Below are positions 30,375 through 40,901 of a stretch of DNA of 64,000 nt, piece by piece (within the stretch, counting starts at the first letter, position 1; each line of letters starts with the position of its first letter). This DNA is from an uncultured Candidatus Rokubacteria bacterium (GTDB taxonomy: Bacteria; Methylomirabilota; Methylomirabilia; Rokubacteriales; CSP1-6): positions 96,001-160,000 of the forward strand of contig CAVYTA010000007.1 of NCBI GenBank assembly GCA_963771355.1. The letters are read 5' to 3'. Below the pieces are notes generated by a model, which saw only the letters and a program-made list of their open reading frames with translations, was not told the DNA's origin and did not search any database. Both the position numbers and the translations under genes were made by a program.

Positions 30375-33221
30375 ATGGACTACAAGGACACCCTCAACCT
30401 TCCGAAGACGTCCTTCCCCATGAAGGCCAACCTGCCCAAGCTCGAGCCCGAGATGCTCGAGCGATGGCAGGCCATGGACATCTACGGGCGGATCCGCAAG
30501 GCGGCCGCCTCGCGCCCGCTGTGGATCCTCCACGATGGTCCGCCCTATGCCAACGGGCACATCCACATGGGCACCGCGCTGAACAAGATCCTGAAGGACT
30601 TCGTGGTCAAGACGCACAACATGCTCGGCCACAACGCGGTGTACGTGCCGGGCTGGGACTGCCACGGGCTGCCCATCGAGCATCAGGTGGACAAGGAGCT
30701 GGGGCTGGACACCACCTCCGAGGATGTACGCAAGGCCATGGACCCGGTGGACAAGATCCGCCGGTGCCGCGAGTACGCGCTCCGGTTCCTCGACATCCAG
30801 CGCGAGGAGTTCAAGCGCCTCGGCGTCTTCGGCGACTGGGCGAATCGCTACGCCACGCTCGACCCGGAGTACGAGGCGGTCATCGTCCGCGAGTTCGGTC
30901 GCTTCGTGGGCCAGGGCGCCGTCTACAAGGGACTCAAGCCGGTCCATTGGTGCATGCACTGCAAGACCGCGCTCGCCCAGGCCGAGGTGGAGTACGAGGA
31001 TGAGACCACGCCGACGGTGTACGTGAAGTTCCCCGTCGTCAAGCCGAGTCCCGCCCTCGCGGAGGCGCTCGGTGGGCGCAAGGCCTCGTTCGTGATCTGG
31101 ACCACCACCCCATGGACCTTGCCCGCCAACCTCGCCATCGCGGTGCATCCCGAGGAGACCTACACCGCGCTCGAGGTGGACGACGAGTGGCTGGTGGTGG
31201 CCCGCCCCCTCGCGGCCGCGGTGGCCAATCTGCCCGGCGTGGCCGGGCGCGCGCGCGCCACCAGCCTGGCCCTGCCCGGCTCGGCCTTCGCGGGCACGGT
31301 TGCCCGGCATCCGTGGATCGAGCGCGACGCCATCGTCCTCGCCGAGGATTTCGTGGCGATGGACGCGGGCACCGGGCTCGTGCACATCGCCCCCGGCCAC
31401 GGCGAGGAGGACTACGAAAGCGGCCGCCGCGCCGGGCTCAGGATCTACAACCCGGTGGACGACGACGGGCGCTTCATCGCCGAGGTCGCGCACTTCGCGG
31501 GGCAGACGGTGTGGGAGGCGAACCCGAAGATCATCGCGCATCTCCGCCAGGTGGGCGCGCTCCTCGCCGAGATGCCGGTGAGCCATACCTACCCTCACTG
31601 CTGGCGCTGCAAGAACCCCACGCTCTTCCGCGCCACCGAGCAGTGGTTCATCTCGCTCGACAAGACGGGGCTCCGGCAGAAGGCGCTCGACGCCATCCGC
31701 AACCGCGTGCGCTGGATTCCCGCCTGGGGCGAGGAGCGCCTCTACAACATGGTGGCCCACCGGCCGGACTGGGTCCTCTCGCGCCAGCGCGTCTGGGGCG
31801 TGCCGATCGTGGCCTTCTATTGTCGCGGGTGCGAGGCCCTCCTCCTGGAGGAGCGTGTGTGCGAGCACGTGGCGGGGATCTTCCGCGCGGGCCGAGGCAT
31901 CGAGGAGTGGTACCTGCGCCCCGAGGGCGAGCTGGTGCCGCCGGGCACCCGGTGCGCCGGCTGCGGCGGTACGGAGTTTCGCCGCGAGACCGACATCCTG
32001 GACGTCTGGGTGGACTCGGGCTGTAGCCATGCCGCCGTCCTCGAGACCCGCCCGGATCTCCGCTGGCCGGCGGACATGTATCTCGAGGGCTCGGACCAGC
32101 ACCGCGGCTGGTTCCAGTCCTCGCTGCTCGAGGCGGTGGGGACGCGCGGCGAGCCGCCGTACCGGAGCGTGCTCACCCACGGCTTCACGGTGGACGGCTC
32201 CGGGCGGAAGATGTCGAAGTCCGTGGGCAACTACCTCACCCAGGAGGAGCTGCTGCCGCGCTTCGGGGCCGACGTGCTCCGTCTCTGGGTGGCCGCCGAG
32301 GACTACACCGAGGACATCCGCCTCTCTGACGAGATCCTCAACCGCCTCTCCGACGCCTACCGCCGCATCCGCAACACGTGGCGCTTCTTGCTCGGCACCC
32401 TCGCCGACTTCGAGCCGGAGCGCGATCGCGTGTCCTACGATCAGATGGACGAGCTGGACCGCTGGGCGCTCCTCCGGCTGGGCGAGTTGATCACCCGGGT
32501 GCGGCGGGCCTACGAGGAGTACCAGTACCACGTGGTCTTCCACTCGACGCACAACTTCTGCGCGGTGGAGCTGTCCGCCCTGTATCTGGACATCATCAAG
32601 GACCGGCTCTACGCGTCCGCGCCCAACGACCCGCGCCGCCGCGCCGCGCAGACCGTCTGCTTCGAGGTGCTCACCGCCCTGACGCGGCTCCTCGCCCCCA
32701 TCCTGACCTTCACCACCGACGAGGTGTGGGCCCATATCCCCGGCGCGGGCAAGCCCGAGAGCATCCACGTCACCACCTTCCCGGACGAGCGCGGCGAGTG
32801 GGCCAGCGAGCGCCTCGCCGCCGAATGGGAGCGGCTGCTGGAGGTGCGGGGCGAGGTCTCGCGCGCGCTCGAGACCGCGCGCAAGGCGGGGCGCATCGGC
32901 AAGGGTATCGACGCGGTACTGTACGTGGTGAGCGCACCGGAAGAGGAGTGGCTGCCGCTGCTGGTGGCCAAGGGCGCCCCGCTCCTCACCACCGTGTTCA
33001 ACGTCTCCGGGGTGCGGCTGCGCGAGAGTCCTTCGGCAGGGGACGCCATCACCTACGAGAGCGCCGACATCCCCGGGCTCGTGCTCGCGGTGGTGCCCGC
33101 GCAGGCGCTGGGGTGGAAGAAGTGCGAGCGCTGCTGGCTGTGGAGCCCGCGGGTGGGCGAGGACCGCGAGCATCCCACGCTCTGCGAGCGCTGCGCGCCG
33201 GTGGTGCGCGCGCTCCGCTAG
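30375..33221 (+). CDS. ileS: Isoleucine--tRNA ligase
   Basis: DYKDTLNLPKT, HDGPPYANG, GWDCHGLP, KMSKS, C-terminal zinc finger. Confidence 0.98.
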   Translation: MDYKDTLNLPKTSFPMKANLPKLEPEMLERWQAMDIYGRIRKAAASRPLWILHDGPPYANGHIHMGTALNKILKDFVVKTHNMLGHNAVYVPGWDCHGLPIEHQVDKELGLDTTSEDVRKAMDPVDKIRRCREYALRFLDIQREEFKRLGVFGDWANRYATLDPEYEAVIVREFGRFVGQGAVYKGLKPVHWCMHCKTALAQAEVEYEDETTPTVYVKFPVVKPSPALAEALGGRKASFVIWTTTPWTLPANLAIAVHPEETYTALEVDDEWLVVARPLAAAVANLPGVAGRARATSLALPGSAFAGTVARHPWIERDAIVLAEDFVAMDAGTGLVHIAPGHGEEDYESGRRAGLRIYNPVDDDGRFIAEVAHFAGQTVWEANPKIIAHLRQVGALLAEMPVSHTYPHCWRCKNPTLFRATEQWFISLDKTGLRQKALDAIRNRVRWIPAWGEERLYNMVAHRPDWVLSRQRVWGVPIVAFYCRGCEALLLEERVCEHVAGIFRAGRGIEEWYLRPEGELVPPGTRCAGCGGTEFRRETDILDVWVDSGCSHAAVLETRPDLRWPADMYLEGSDQHRGWFQSSLLEAVGTRGEPPYRSVLTHGFTVDGSGRKMSKSVGNYLTQEELLPRFGADVLRLWVAAEDYTEDIRLSDEILNRLSDAYRRIRNTWRFLLGTLADFEPERDRVSYDQMDELDRWALLRLGELITRVRRAYEEYQYHVVFHSTHNFCAVELSALYLDIIKDRLYASAPNDPRRRAAQTVCFEVLTALTRLLAPILTFTTDEVWAHIPGAGKPESIHVTTFPDERGEWASERLAAEWERLLEVRGEVSRALETARKAGRIGKGIDAVLYVVSAPEEEWLPLLVAKGAPLLTTVFNVSGVRLRESPSAGDAITYESADIPGLVLAVVPAQALGWKKCERCWLWSPRVGEDREHPTLCERCAPVVRALR

Positions 33222-33695
33222 ATGAGGCTCATCGCCGCGCTCGCGGCCCTGATCTTCGTCACGGACCACGTCACCAAGTACTTCGCCCTCCGCCATCTTC
33301 GCCTGGGCGTGCCGGTGCCGGTGGTGGACGGGCTCTTCGCCCTGACCCTCGTCATGAACCCGGGACTGGCGTTCGGCATGCTGGGCGGGATCCCCGAGTC
33401 GCTGCGCTGGATGGTGGGCGTCCTCTCGCTGGGTGCCCTCATCCTCCTCGCCGTGCTCGCCGCTCGCGTCCTGCCGACCGGCGGGCCCTGGGCGCGGGTG
33501 GCGCTGGGCCTCATCTTCGGAGGCGCCGCCGGCAATCTCGTGGACCGCGTGCGCTTCGGCGCGGTGGTGGACTTCCTGGATTTCTACTGGCGCGACTACC
33601 ACTGGCCCGCGTTCAACGTGGCGGACTCGGCCATCAGCGTGGGCGTCACCCTCCTCGCCCTTCGCATGCTGGTCGAGGCGCCCGCCAAGGCCTGA
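33222..33695 (+). CDS. lspA: Signal peptidase II
   Basis: NPGLAFG, GNLVDR, VVDF, FNVAD. Confidence 0.96.
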   Translation: MRLIAALAALIFVTDHVTKYFALRHLRLGVPVPVVDGLFALTLVMNPGLAFGMLGGIPESLRWMVGVLSLGALILLAVLAARVLPTGGPWARVALGLIFGGAAGNLVDRVRFGAVVDFLDFYWRDYHWPAFNVADSAISVGVTLLALRMLVEAPAKA

Positions 33696-33708
33696 GCCCC
33701 GCGCGGCC

Positions 33709-34686
33709 GTGGCAGGCCCGGCTCCGCGCCAGCTCGCCGACACCGTCGCGCCCGCGGAGGCCGGTGTCCGGCTCGACCGCTGGCTGAACGCGCGGCTTCC
33801 CGATCTCTCGCGCACCCGCGTGCAGGCGCTGGTGGAGGCGGGCCTGGTGCGGGTGGCCGGCCGGCCCGCCAAGGCCTCGCGCCGGCTCAAGGTGGGGGAG
33901 CGGGTGGAGGCGGAGGTGCCTCCGCCTCCGCCCGAGGAGCTCACCCCCGAGGCGGTCGATCTCCACGTGATCTTCGAGGACGCCCACGTGCTCGTGGTGG
34001 ACAAGCCCGCGGGCATGGTCACCCATCCCGGCGCGGGTCGCGACACGGGCACGCTGGCCGCCGCCGCCCTCGCGCATGCGCCGGGCGTCGCGGGCGTGGG
34101 CGGCCCGCGCCGCCCCGGCATCGTGCATCGCCTCGACAAGGGCACGTCGGGCCTCATCGTCCTGGCCAAGACCCAGGCCGCGTACGAGGCGCTCACCGCC
34201 CAGCTCGCCCGCCGCTCGGTGAGCCGGCGCTATCTCTGCCTGGTGCATGGCCGGGTCAAGCGGGACGCCGGGACGATCGACGCGCCCATCGGCCGCGACC
34301 CGCGCTCTCGCGTGCGCATGGCGGTCGTGACGGGTGGAAGAGGCAGGCGGTCGATCACGCGCTTCCGGGTGCTGGAGCGCTGGCCGGGCGTGAGCTATGT
34401 CGAGTGCCGGCTGGAGACCGGGCGAACGCATCAGATCCGGGTGCACCTGGCCTCGCTGGGCCACCCGCTCCTGGGCGACGAGACTTACGGTCGCCGCCGC
34501 GCCTCCGCGGCGGGCGGCCCCGTGCCCCTGCCGCTGCTCGAGGGGCTGGGCGGGGTCGCCCTACATGCCGCCGGGCTGGCCTTCGTTCATCCCGCTACCG
34601 GCGAGCTGGTGGCGTTCGAGTCCGCGCTTCCCGGCCGCATGGCGCGCCTGCTGGATGCCCTTCGTGGGGGCGGCGCCCGACGCTGA
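33709..34686 (+). CDS. rluD: RluA-family pseudouridine synthase (RluD-like, with S4 domain)
   Basis: RLDRWL, DKPAG, HRLDKGTSG, GRTHQIRVH. Confidence 0.9.
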   Translation: MAGPAPRQLADTVAPAEAGVRLDRWLNARLPDLSRTRVQALVEAGLVRVAGRPAKASRRLKVGERVEAEVPPPPPEELTPEAVDLHVIFEDAHVLVVDKPAGMVTHPGAGRDTGTLAAAALAHAPGVAGVGGPRRPGIVHRLDKGTSGLIVLAKTQAAYEALTAQLARRSVSRRYLCLVHGRVKRDAGTIDAPIGRDPRSRVRMAVVTGGRGRRSITRFRVLERWPGVSYVECRLETGRTHQIRVHLASLGHPLLGDETYGRRRASAAGGPVPLPLLEGLGGVALHAAGLAFVHPATGELVAFESALPGRMARLLDALRGGGARR

Positions 34687-34798
34687 ACTGTCTCCTCCGC
34701 GCGCCCAAATTTGCGCGGCGCTGTCGCTTCCCCACACCTCGGCAGCCCGCCATGCCCCCTAAGTAGAGGAATTTCCGAGGCAGGCGCGGGCGAAAGCC

Positions 34799-34820
34799 TT
34801 GGCACTCCACGTGCTAATCT
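34799..34820 (+). promoter_or_regulatory. Candidate sigma54 promoter overlapping an extended -10 upstream of glmU
   Basis: TTGGCACTCCACGTGCT (GG 34801-02, GC 34813-14), overlapping TGCTAATCT. Confidence 0.5.
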
Positions 34821-34828
34821 GAAGTGCC

Positions 34829-36220
34829 ATGACGCCCACCCTCACGGCCATCATCCTCGCGGCGGGCGAGTCCAAGCGGATGCGCTCCCGCCGTCCCAAG
34901 GTGCTGCACCCCCTCTGCGGCCGCCCCCTGATCGAGTACCCGATGCAGGTGACGCGGGCGCTGGGAGCCCGCGTGGTCCTCGTCGTGGGCCGGGCGGCGG
35001 ACGACGTGCGCGCGACGGTGGGGACGGCGCCCGACCTCACGTACGTGGAGCAGGCGGAGCGACGGGGCACCGGCCATGCCGTGCTCCAGGCGCGCCCCGC
35101 CTGCCCCGCCGGCGCCGGCGTGATCCTGGTGCTGCCCGCCGACCAGCCCCTCATGTCCGAGACCATGCTACGCGGGCTGGTGGACCATCACCGGGCCACC
35201 GGCGCCGCCGCCACCCTGCTCACCGCGTGCCTGGACGATCCCACCGGCTATGGCCGCGTGCTGCGCGAGGGCGGGCAGCCCGTTGCCATCGTCGAGCATC
35301 GCGACGCCACGCCCGCGCAGCGCGAGATCCGCGAGATCGGCACCTCCGTCTACTGCTTCGACGCGGCGACCTTCTGGCCGGCGCTGGACCAGGTGACGCC
35401 GCAGAACGAGCAGGGAGAGTACTACCTCACGGACGTGATCGGGATTCTCCGCCGGGAGGGCCGCCGCCTCGAGGCCATGATCGCCGCCGACGCGCGCGAG
35501 TGCCTCGGCATCAACGACCGCCGCCAGCTCGCCCAGCTCGCCGCCGTCCACCGCGTCCGTATCCTGGACCGCCTCATGCTCGAGGGCGTCACCGTGCTCG
35601 ACCCCGCCTCCACCTACGTGGACGACACGGTGACGATCGGCCCCGACACCGTGCTCTATCCGGGCGTGACGCTCGAGGGCGCCACCAGCATCGGCGCCGC
35701 GTGCGTGATCGGCACCGGCTCCCAGATCGCCGCCAGCCGCCTGGGCGACCAGATCCACGTGAAGCCGTACTGCGTGCTGACGGAGGCGGTGGTGGAGGAG
35801 GGCGCCCAGCTCGGGCCCTTCTGCCATCTGCGCCCGCTCTCGCACGTGGGGCCGAACGCCAAGATCGGCAACTTCGTGGAGCTGAAGAAGTCGAAGATCG
35901 GCCGCGGCGCCAAGGTGCCGCACCTTTCCTACGTGGGCGACGCCCAGGTGGGAGCGGGGGCCAATCTCGGCGCCGGGACCATCACCTGCAACTACGACGG
36001 CGTCCACAAGCACGAGACGGTGATCGGGGCGGGCGCCTTCATCGGGACCAACTCGAGCCTGGTGGCGCCGGTCACCATCGGCGAGGGCGCCTACGTGGCC
36101 GCGGGCTCGGTCATCACCAAGACCGTGCCGCCGGGGGCGCTGGCGGTGGCGCGCGGGCGCCAGGAGACACGCGAGGGCTGGGCGGCGCGGCGGAAAGAGA
36201 CGCGAAAGGCCAAGGAGTAG
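34829..36220 (+). CDS. glmU: Bifunctional UDP-GlcNAc pyrophosphorylase/acetyltransferase
   Basis: ILAAGESKRM, PKVLH, hexapeptide repeats, GNFVE, NYDG. Confidence 0.97.
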   Translation: MTPTLTAIILAAGESKRMRSRRPKVLHPLCGRPLIEYPMQVTRALGARVVLVVGRAADDVRATVGTAPDLTYVEQAERRGTGHAVLQARPACPAGAGVILVLPADQPLMSETMLRGLVDHHRATGAAATLLTACLDDPTGYGRVLREGGQPVAIVEHRDATPAQREIREIGTSVYCFDAATFWPALDQVTPQNEQGEYYLTDVIGILRREGRRLEAMIAADARECLGINDRRQLAQLAAVHRVRILDRLMLEGVTVLDPASTYVDDTVTIGPDTVLYPGVTLEGATSIGAACVIGTGSQIAASRLGDQIHVKPYCVLTEAVVEEGAQLGPFCHLRPLSHVGPNAKIGNFVELKKSKIGRGAKVPHLSYVGDAQVGAGANLGAGTITCNYDGVHKHETVIGAGAFIGTNSSLVAPVTIGEGAYVAAGSVITKTVPPGALAVARGRQETREGWAARRKETRKAKE

Positions 36221-36224
36221 GGCG

Positions 36225-38063
36225 ATGTGCGGCATCGTCGGCTACGTCGGGGACAAGAGCGCGGCCGAGATCATCCTGGAGGGTCTCAAGAAGCTCGAGT
36301 ACCGCGGCTATGACTCGGCGGGGATCGCGGTGCTGGGGCCGGAGGGGCTGCAGGTCCGGCGCGCCGCCGGCCGCATCAAGGGGCTCGAGGCGCTCATGCG
36401 CGAGAAGCCCCTGGTGGGATCGATCGGCGTGGGGCACACCCGCTGGGCCACTCACGGCCGTCCCACCGACGAGAACGCGCATCCCCATACCGACCACTCC
36501 GGTAATCTGGTGGTGGTCCACAACGGCATCATCGAGAACTATCTCCCCATCAAGGAGCGCCTGATCGCCGAGGGCCACGTCTTCAAGTCGGAGACGGACA
36601 CCGAGGTGATCGCCCACCTCATCGAGCGGCATCTCCGCGACACGCCGCGACTGGACGAGGCCACGCGCCGGGCGCTGCGCGAGCTGCGCGGGTCCTATGC
36701 CATCGTGGTGCTGGCCAGGAGCACGCCGGAGCGGCTGGTGGCGGCCAAGCACGGCGCCGGCAGCGTGGTGGTGGGGCTCGGCGCCGGCGAGACCTATCTC
36801 GCCTCCGACATTCCCGCGCTGCTGGCGCATACGCGGGACATGGTGATTCTCGAGGACGAGGACATCGCGGTGGTCACGCGCCACGGGGTGGAGGTCACCA
36901 AGCTCGACGGGGCGCCCGCCGAGCGCCTGCCCACCCGCATCCTGTGGGACCCCATCCTCGCCGAGAAGGGCGGGTATCGTCACTTCATGCTGAAGGAGAT
37001 CTACGAGCAGCCGCGCGCCGCCACCGACACCCTCCGCGGGCGCGTCTCGCCGGAGAGCGGCAGCGTGGTACTGCCCGACATCAATCTCGATCCCGAGATC
37101 ACCTCCAGCTTGTCCCGGGTCGTCCTCCTCGCCTGCGGCACGTCGTATCACGCCGCCCTCGTGGGACGCGTCCTCATCGAGCGCCTCACCGGTCTCCCCG
37201 CCGAGGTGGACGTGGCTTCCGAGTGGCGCTACCGCGACGCGCCGGTGGGCCCGGACACCCTGGTGGTGGCGCTGTCCCAGTCCGGCGAGACCGCCGACAC
37301 CCTCGGCGCGGTCAAGGCCGCCCGGCTCAAGGGCGCGCCCATCGTCGGCATCACCAACGTGGTGGGCTCCGCGCTGGCGCGCGAGGCCACCGGCATCGTC
37401 TACACCCCGGCCGGTCCCGAGATCGGCGTGGCGTCGTCCAAGACCTTCACCGCCACCATCATGGCGAGCTATCTTCTCGCGCTGTGGCTGAGCCGCCATC
37501 GCGGCACCCTCACCCCGGAGGCCGGCCGGCAGCACGTACAGGGCCTGCTGGAGCTGCCGCGGCTCATCGAGAAGACGCTGGAGCTGGACGCGGCGGTGGC
37601 CACCCTCGCCCGCGAGCTCACGCGCTTCAAGGACTTCCTCTTCTTCGCGCGCGGCATCCACTTCCCCATTGCCCTCGAGGGCGCGCTCAAGCTCAAGGAG
37701 CTGTCCTATCTCCACGCCGAGGGCTATCCCGCCGGGGAGATGAAGCACGGGCCCATCGCCCTCATCGACGAGAACATGCCGGTGGTGGCGCTGGTCCCCA
37801 AGGACAGCACCTACGACCGCATGATGAGCAGTGTCGAGGAAGTGCGCGCGCGCGACGGCCGCGTGATCGCGCTGGCCCACGAGGGCGACCGCGAGATCAA
37901 GGCCAAGGCGGACTGGGTGATCGCGGTCCCCGCCGCCTCCGAGCTGCTCTCGCCCATCCTGATGGCGATCCCGCTGCAGCTCCTCGCGTATCACGTCGCC
38001 GTGCGTCTGGGCCGCGACGTGGACCAGCCGCGCAACCTGGCCAAGTCCGTCACCGTCGAGTAG
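36225..38063 (+). CDS. glmS: Glutamine--fructose-6-phosphate transaminase
   Basis: [15 protein letters not shown]-terminal [11 protein letters not shown]. Confidence 0.98.
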   Translation: MCGIVGYVGDKSAAEIILEGLKKLEYRGYDSAGIAVLGPEGLQVRRAAGRIKGLEALMREKPLVGSIGVGHTRWATHGRPTDENAHPHTDHSGNLVVVHNGIIENYLPIKERLIAEGHVFKSETDTEVIAHLIERHLRDTPRLDEATRRALRELRGSYAIVVLARSTPERLVAAKHGAGSVVVGLGAGETYLASDIPALLAHTRDMVILEDEDIAVVTRHGVEVTKLDGAPAERLPTRILWDPILAEKGGYRHFMLKEIYEQPRAATDTLRGRVSPESGSVVLPDINLDPEITSSLSRVVLLACGTSYHAALVGRVLIERLTGLPAEVDVASEWRYRDAPVGPDTLVVALSQSGETADTLGAVKAARLKGAPIVGITNVVGSALAREATGIVYTPAGPEIGVASSKTFTATIMASYLLALWLSRHRGTLTPEAGRQHVQGLLELPRLIEKTLELDAAVATLARELTRFKDFLFFARGIHFPIALEGALKLKELSYLHAEGYPAGEMKHGPIALIDENMPVVALVPKDSTYDRMMSSVEEVRARDGRVIALAHEGDREIKAKADWVIAVPAASELLSPILMAIPLQLLAYHVAVRLGRDVDQPRNLAKSVTVE

Positions 38064-38134
38064 CCGCTTCGCCGGTGGGCGGGCCCGCGCCGCCCCTACC
38101 CGCCCGCCTTCGGGCGCGCTATGATCGCCGCATC

Positions 38135-38857
38135 ATGGCGACCACCGTGACGGAGATCGCGCCGGACGTCTTTCGCATCTCGACCTTCCACCCCCTTTAC
38201 GGCATCCAGTTCAACCAGTTCCTGGTCCGGGACGAGGAGCCGTTCCTCATGCATACCGGCTTCCGGAAGATGTTCGCCGCGACGCTGGAGGGCGTGCGGT
38301 CCGTGCTCGACCCCGCGAGCCTTCGCTGGATCGGCTTCAGTCATTTCGAGCCGGACGAGTGCGGGGCGCTCAACGAGTGGCTCCGGATCGCTCCGCGGGC
38401 CCAGGCGGTGAGCAGCGTCGTGGGCTCGGCGGTGATGCTGGACGACTTCGCCGACCGGCCCGCGCGGCCCCTCGCGGACGAGGAGGTGCTCGGTCTGGGG
38501 CGGCGTCGCCTGCGCTTCCTCTCGACTCCGCATGTCCCGCATGCCTGGGACGCGGGCCTCTTCTTCGAGGAGACCGACCGCACGCTCCTCTGCTCCGATC
38601 TCTTCTTTCACGGGGGTGACCCGGAGCCGTTGACGGAGTCGGACATCGTGGCGCGCGCGCGGGCGGCCATCCTCCAGGGCATCGCAGGCCCGATGCCGAA
38701 GGACATGCCCTTCACGCCGTATACCGAGAGCACGCTCGCCCGTCTCGCCGCGCTCGGGCCGTCGACCCTGGCCGTCATGCACGGCAGCTCGTTTCGCGGG
38801 GATGGGCGGACGGCGTTGCTCGAGCTCTCCGCGGTCGTCAAGGAGCTCCTGGGGTGA
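38135..38857 (+). CDS. Stand-alone MBL-fold di-iron protein (FprA/ODP-like)
   Basis: SHFEPDECG (HxExD), PHVPH, CSDLF, MHG; no flavodoxin domain. Confidence 0.8.
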   Translation: MATTVTEIAPDVFRISTFHPLYGIQFNQFLVRDEEPFLMHTGFRKMFAATLEGVRSVLDPASLRWIGFSHFEPDECGALNEWLRIAPRAQAVSSVVGSAVMLDDFADRPARPLADEEVLGLGRRRLRFLSTPHVPHAWDAGLFFEETDRTLLCSDLFFHGGDPEPLTESDIVARARAAILQGIAGPMPKDMPFTPYTESTLARLAALGPSTLAVMHGSSFRGDGRTALLELSAVVKELLG

Positions 38858-39456
38858 TGGTCTACCTGCTGGATCTCCTCGGCGTCGCCGTCTTCGCGGT
38901 GAGCGGAGCGCTCGCGGCGGGGCGCACGGGGCTGGACCTCCTGGGCGTGGTCGTGATCGCGGCCATCACCGCGGTCGGTGGCGGCACGCTGCGCGACCTG
39001 CTCCTGAACCGCCATCCGATCTTCTGGATCGCCGACCCGGTCTATCTTTTCGTCATCTGCGGGGCCGCGCTCCTCACTGTCCTCTACGCGCGGCTGAAGC
39101 CGCCGCCCGGGCACACGCTCCTCGTGGCCGACGCGCTCGGGCTGGCGCTCTTCGCGCTGTCCGGCGCCCAGATCGCCGAAGCGGCGGGGCTGTCGCCGAT
39201 CATCGTGGTCCTCATGGGCACCATGACCGGAGTAGCCGGCGGAGTGCTACGCGATATTCTCAGCGCGGAGATCCCCCTCATCCTGCGGCGCGACATCTAC
39301 GCCACCGCGGCCATCGCGGGCGTCACCATGTACTTGATGCTGCAGGCGCTCGGCCTCCGGCGTCCGTGGGCGTTCGGTGCGGGCATGACGGTGGTGGTGG
39401 GGCTCCGCCTCCTCGCCATCTACCGGGGCATGCAGCTGCCCATCTTCCGCGTGTAG
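38857..39456 (+). CDS. Trimeric intracellular cation channel family (UPF0126) protein
   Basis: Duplicated GGGTLRD / AGGVLRD repeats; hydrophobic. Confidence 0.9.
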   Translation: MVYLLDLLGVAVFAVSGALAAGRTGLDLLGVVVIAAITAVGGGTLRDLLLNRHPIFWIADPVYLFVICGAALLTVLYARLKPPPGHTLLVADALGLALFALSGAQIAEAAGLSPIIVVLMGTMTGVAGGVLRDILSAEIPLILRRDIYATAAIAGVTMYLMLQALGLRRPWAFGAGMTVVVGLRLLAIYRGMQLPIFRV

Positions 39457-39470
39457 TCCCGGGAGGGACC

Positions 39471-39626
39471 ATGCCGAGAGCGATCGTCGGCGGGCTGGAC
39501 GTCGAATACGCGGTGCGCGAGCTCCTGCCCCGGCCGGAGCTGTGGCCGGTGATGCCGCCCGAGCAGACGACGGAGCGCGTGGTGGCCCGCATCGTCGAGT
39601 TCGGCCGCGCTCACCCGATACGATGA
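39471..39626 (+). pseudogene. Probable internally deleted alpha/beta-hydrolase remnant
   Basis: GGAGG SD. 51 aa joining a hydrolase-like N-terminus (MPRAIVGGLDVEY) to a hydrolase-like C-terminus (ELLPRPELW...ARIVEF). Confidence 0.45.
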
Positions 39627-39639
39627 GACGCGCGCTGTG

Positions 39640-40569
39640 ATGGCGACGGCCTACACGGGAAACGGCCCCTACTGCTACAGCAATAGCCTGCACATGTGCC
39701 TGACGCAGGCCGGAATGGCCGCGGTGCCCCCGGTGGGCCTCCTCGAGTGCATGACGGGGATGCCGTTCGGCGCGAGCTTCCTGGCGCTCGACGTCCCGCT
39801 GTTCTTTCCGAGCCCCGGCGCCGGGACCAATCCCGATCGCGGCCTCACGCGGGCGCTGGACACCATGGGCTGGGACTGTACCCTTCGCCGCTTCGAGGAC
39901 GCAGGCGCGGCCGAGGCGGGGCTCCGCGAGGGGCTCGCGGTCGGGCCGGTGCTGCTGGGCCCGCTCGACATGGGCGGCCTCTCCTACGACCCGTTGCACG
40001 AGCATAAGCGCGGCGGGGATCACTTCGTGGTGGCGCTCGCGCGCGAGGGAGACCGCGTGCGGCTCCACGACCCGCAGGCGTATCCGTTCGCGGTGCTGCC
40101 ACTGCCCGATCTCATGCGGGCCTGGAGCGCCAGGGGCATCGGCTATGCCACCGCGCCCTACACATTACGTTGTGCGTTCAGCGCGCGGCGATCGGTATCG
40201 GAGCCGGAGATGCTGACGCGCACGCTCGAGACGGCTCGGGAGATGGCCGCCGGCGTGCCCGCGGGGCCGGTGGCGTATGGCGGGGCCCTGGCCTTCGGCC
40301 GCGCGGCCGCGTGCTTGCGGGACCGGCCGCCGGAGTCCTTCACCGGGATGCTGGTGTACTTCGGGTTGCCGCTGGGGGCACGACGCTGCGGGGACGCCGC
40401 GAGCTTCCTCGAGGGGATGGGGAAGCGCGAGGCGGCGCGCCGGATGGTCGAGAAAGGCGAGGCCTACGGCGAGGCCCAGTATCACGCCGCCCACAAGGAC
40501 TGGACGCGGACGGCCGACGTCTTCGACCGCCTGGCCCACATCGAGACGGACTTCGCGGCCGCGCTGTGA
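39640..40569 (+). CDS. BtrH-like/papain-fold putative peptidase
   Basis: PYCYSNSL...GGDHFVV...LHDP gives a Cys-His-Asp arrangement. Confidence 0.55.
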   Translation: MATAYTGNGPYCYSNSLHMCLTQAGMAAVPPVGLLECMTGMPFGASFLALDVPLFFPSPGAGTNPDRGLTRALDTMGWDCTLRRFEDAGAAEAGLREGLAVGPVLLGPLDMGGLSYDPLHEHKRGGDHFVVALAREGDRVRLHDPQAYPFAVLPLPDLMRAWSARGIGYATAPYTLRCAFSARRSVSEPEMLTRTLETAREMAAGVPAGPVAYGGALAFGRAAACLRDRPPESFTGMLVYFGLPLGARRCGDAASFLEGMGKREAARRMVEKGEAYGEAQYHAAHKDWTRTADVFDRLAHIETDFAAAL

Positions 40570-40612
40570 GCGCGCCTGTGCTCTAGTCAGCCGCTGGGAC
40601 GGGGAGAACCTG

Positions 40613-40885
40613 ATGCTCTACATGATCATCGAGCACTTCCGCGAGGGCGACCCGGTGCCGGTGTATCGCCGCTTCCGCGACCAGGGGCGAATGGCGCCGG
40701 ACGGGCTCCGCTATATCTCGAGCTGGGTCACGAAAGACCTCGGCCGGTGCTATCAGCTCATGGAGTGCGACGATCGGGCGCTCCTCGAGCAATGGGCGGC
40801 GCGATGGAGCGACCTGGCGGAGATGGAGATCCATCCGGTGGTCACCTCGGCGGAGGCGGTGGCCGCGGTCGGCCCGCGGCTCTGA
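40613..40885 (+). CDS. DUF3303 family protein
   Basis: MLYMIIEHF...VYRRF...GLRYISSWV...RCYQLMECDD...W...WSDL. Confidence 0.8.
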   Translation: MLYMIIEHFREGDPVPVYRRFRDQGRMAPDGLRYISSWVTKDLGRCYQLMECDDRALLEQWAARWSDLAEMEIHPVVTSAEAVAAVGPRL

Positions 40886-40901
40886 GCGCGCTGGACGCGC
40901 C

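Noticed and set aside
30562..30580. IleRS HIGH motif reads HMGT
   Set aside because: Within normal class I signature variation; not the swapped motif linked to mupirocin hyper-resistance.
30372..34196. Very long antisense and alternate-frame ORFs (e.g. 1274 aa opposite ileS, 3509..5833, 47096..49234)
   Set aside because: Shadow ORFs expected from high GC3 bias, with no protein motifs apart from the DUF2459 fragments already annotated.
38030..38134. Tn7 insertion at attTn7
   Set aside because: No TGT-initiated end, TnsB-site repeats or tns genes after glmS.
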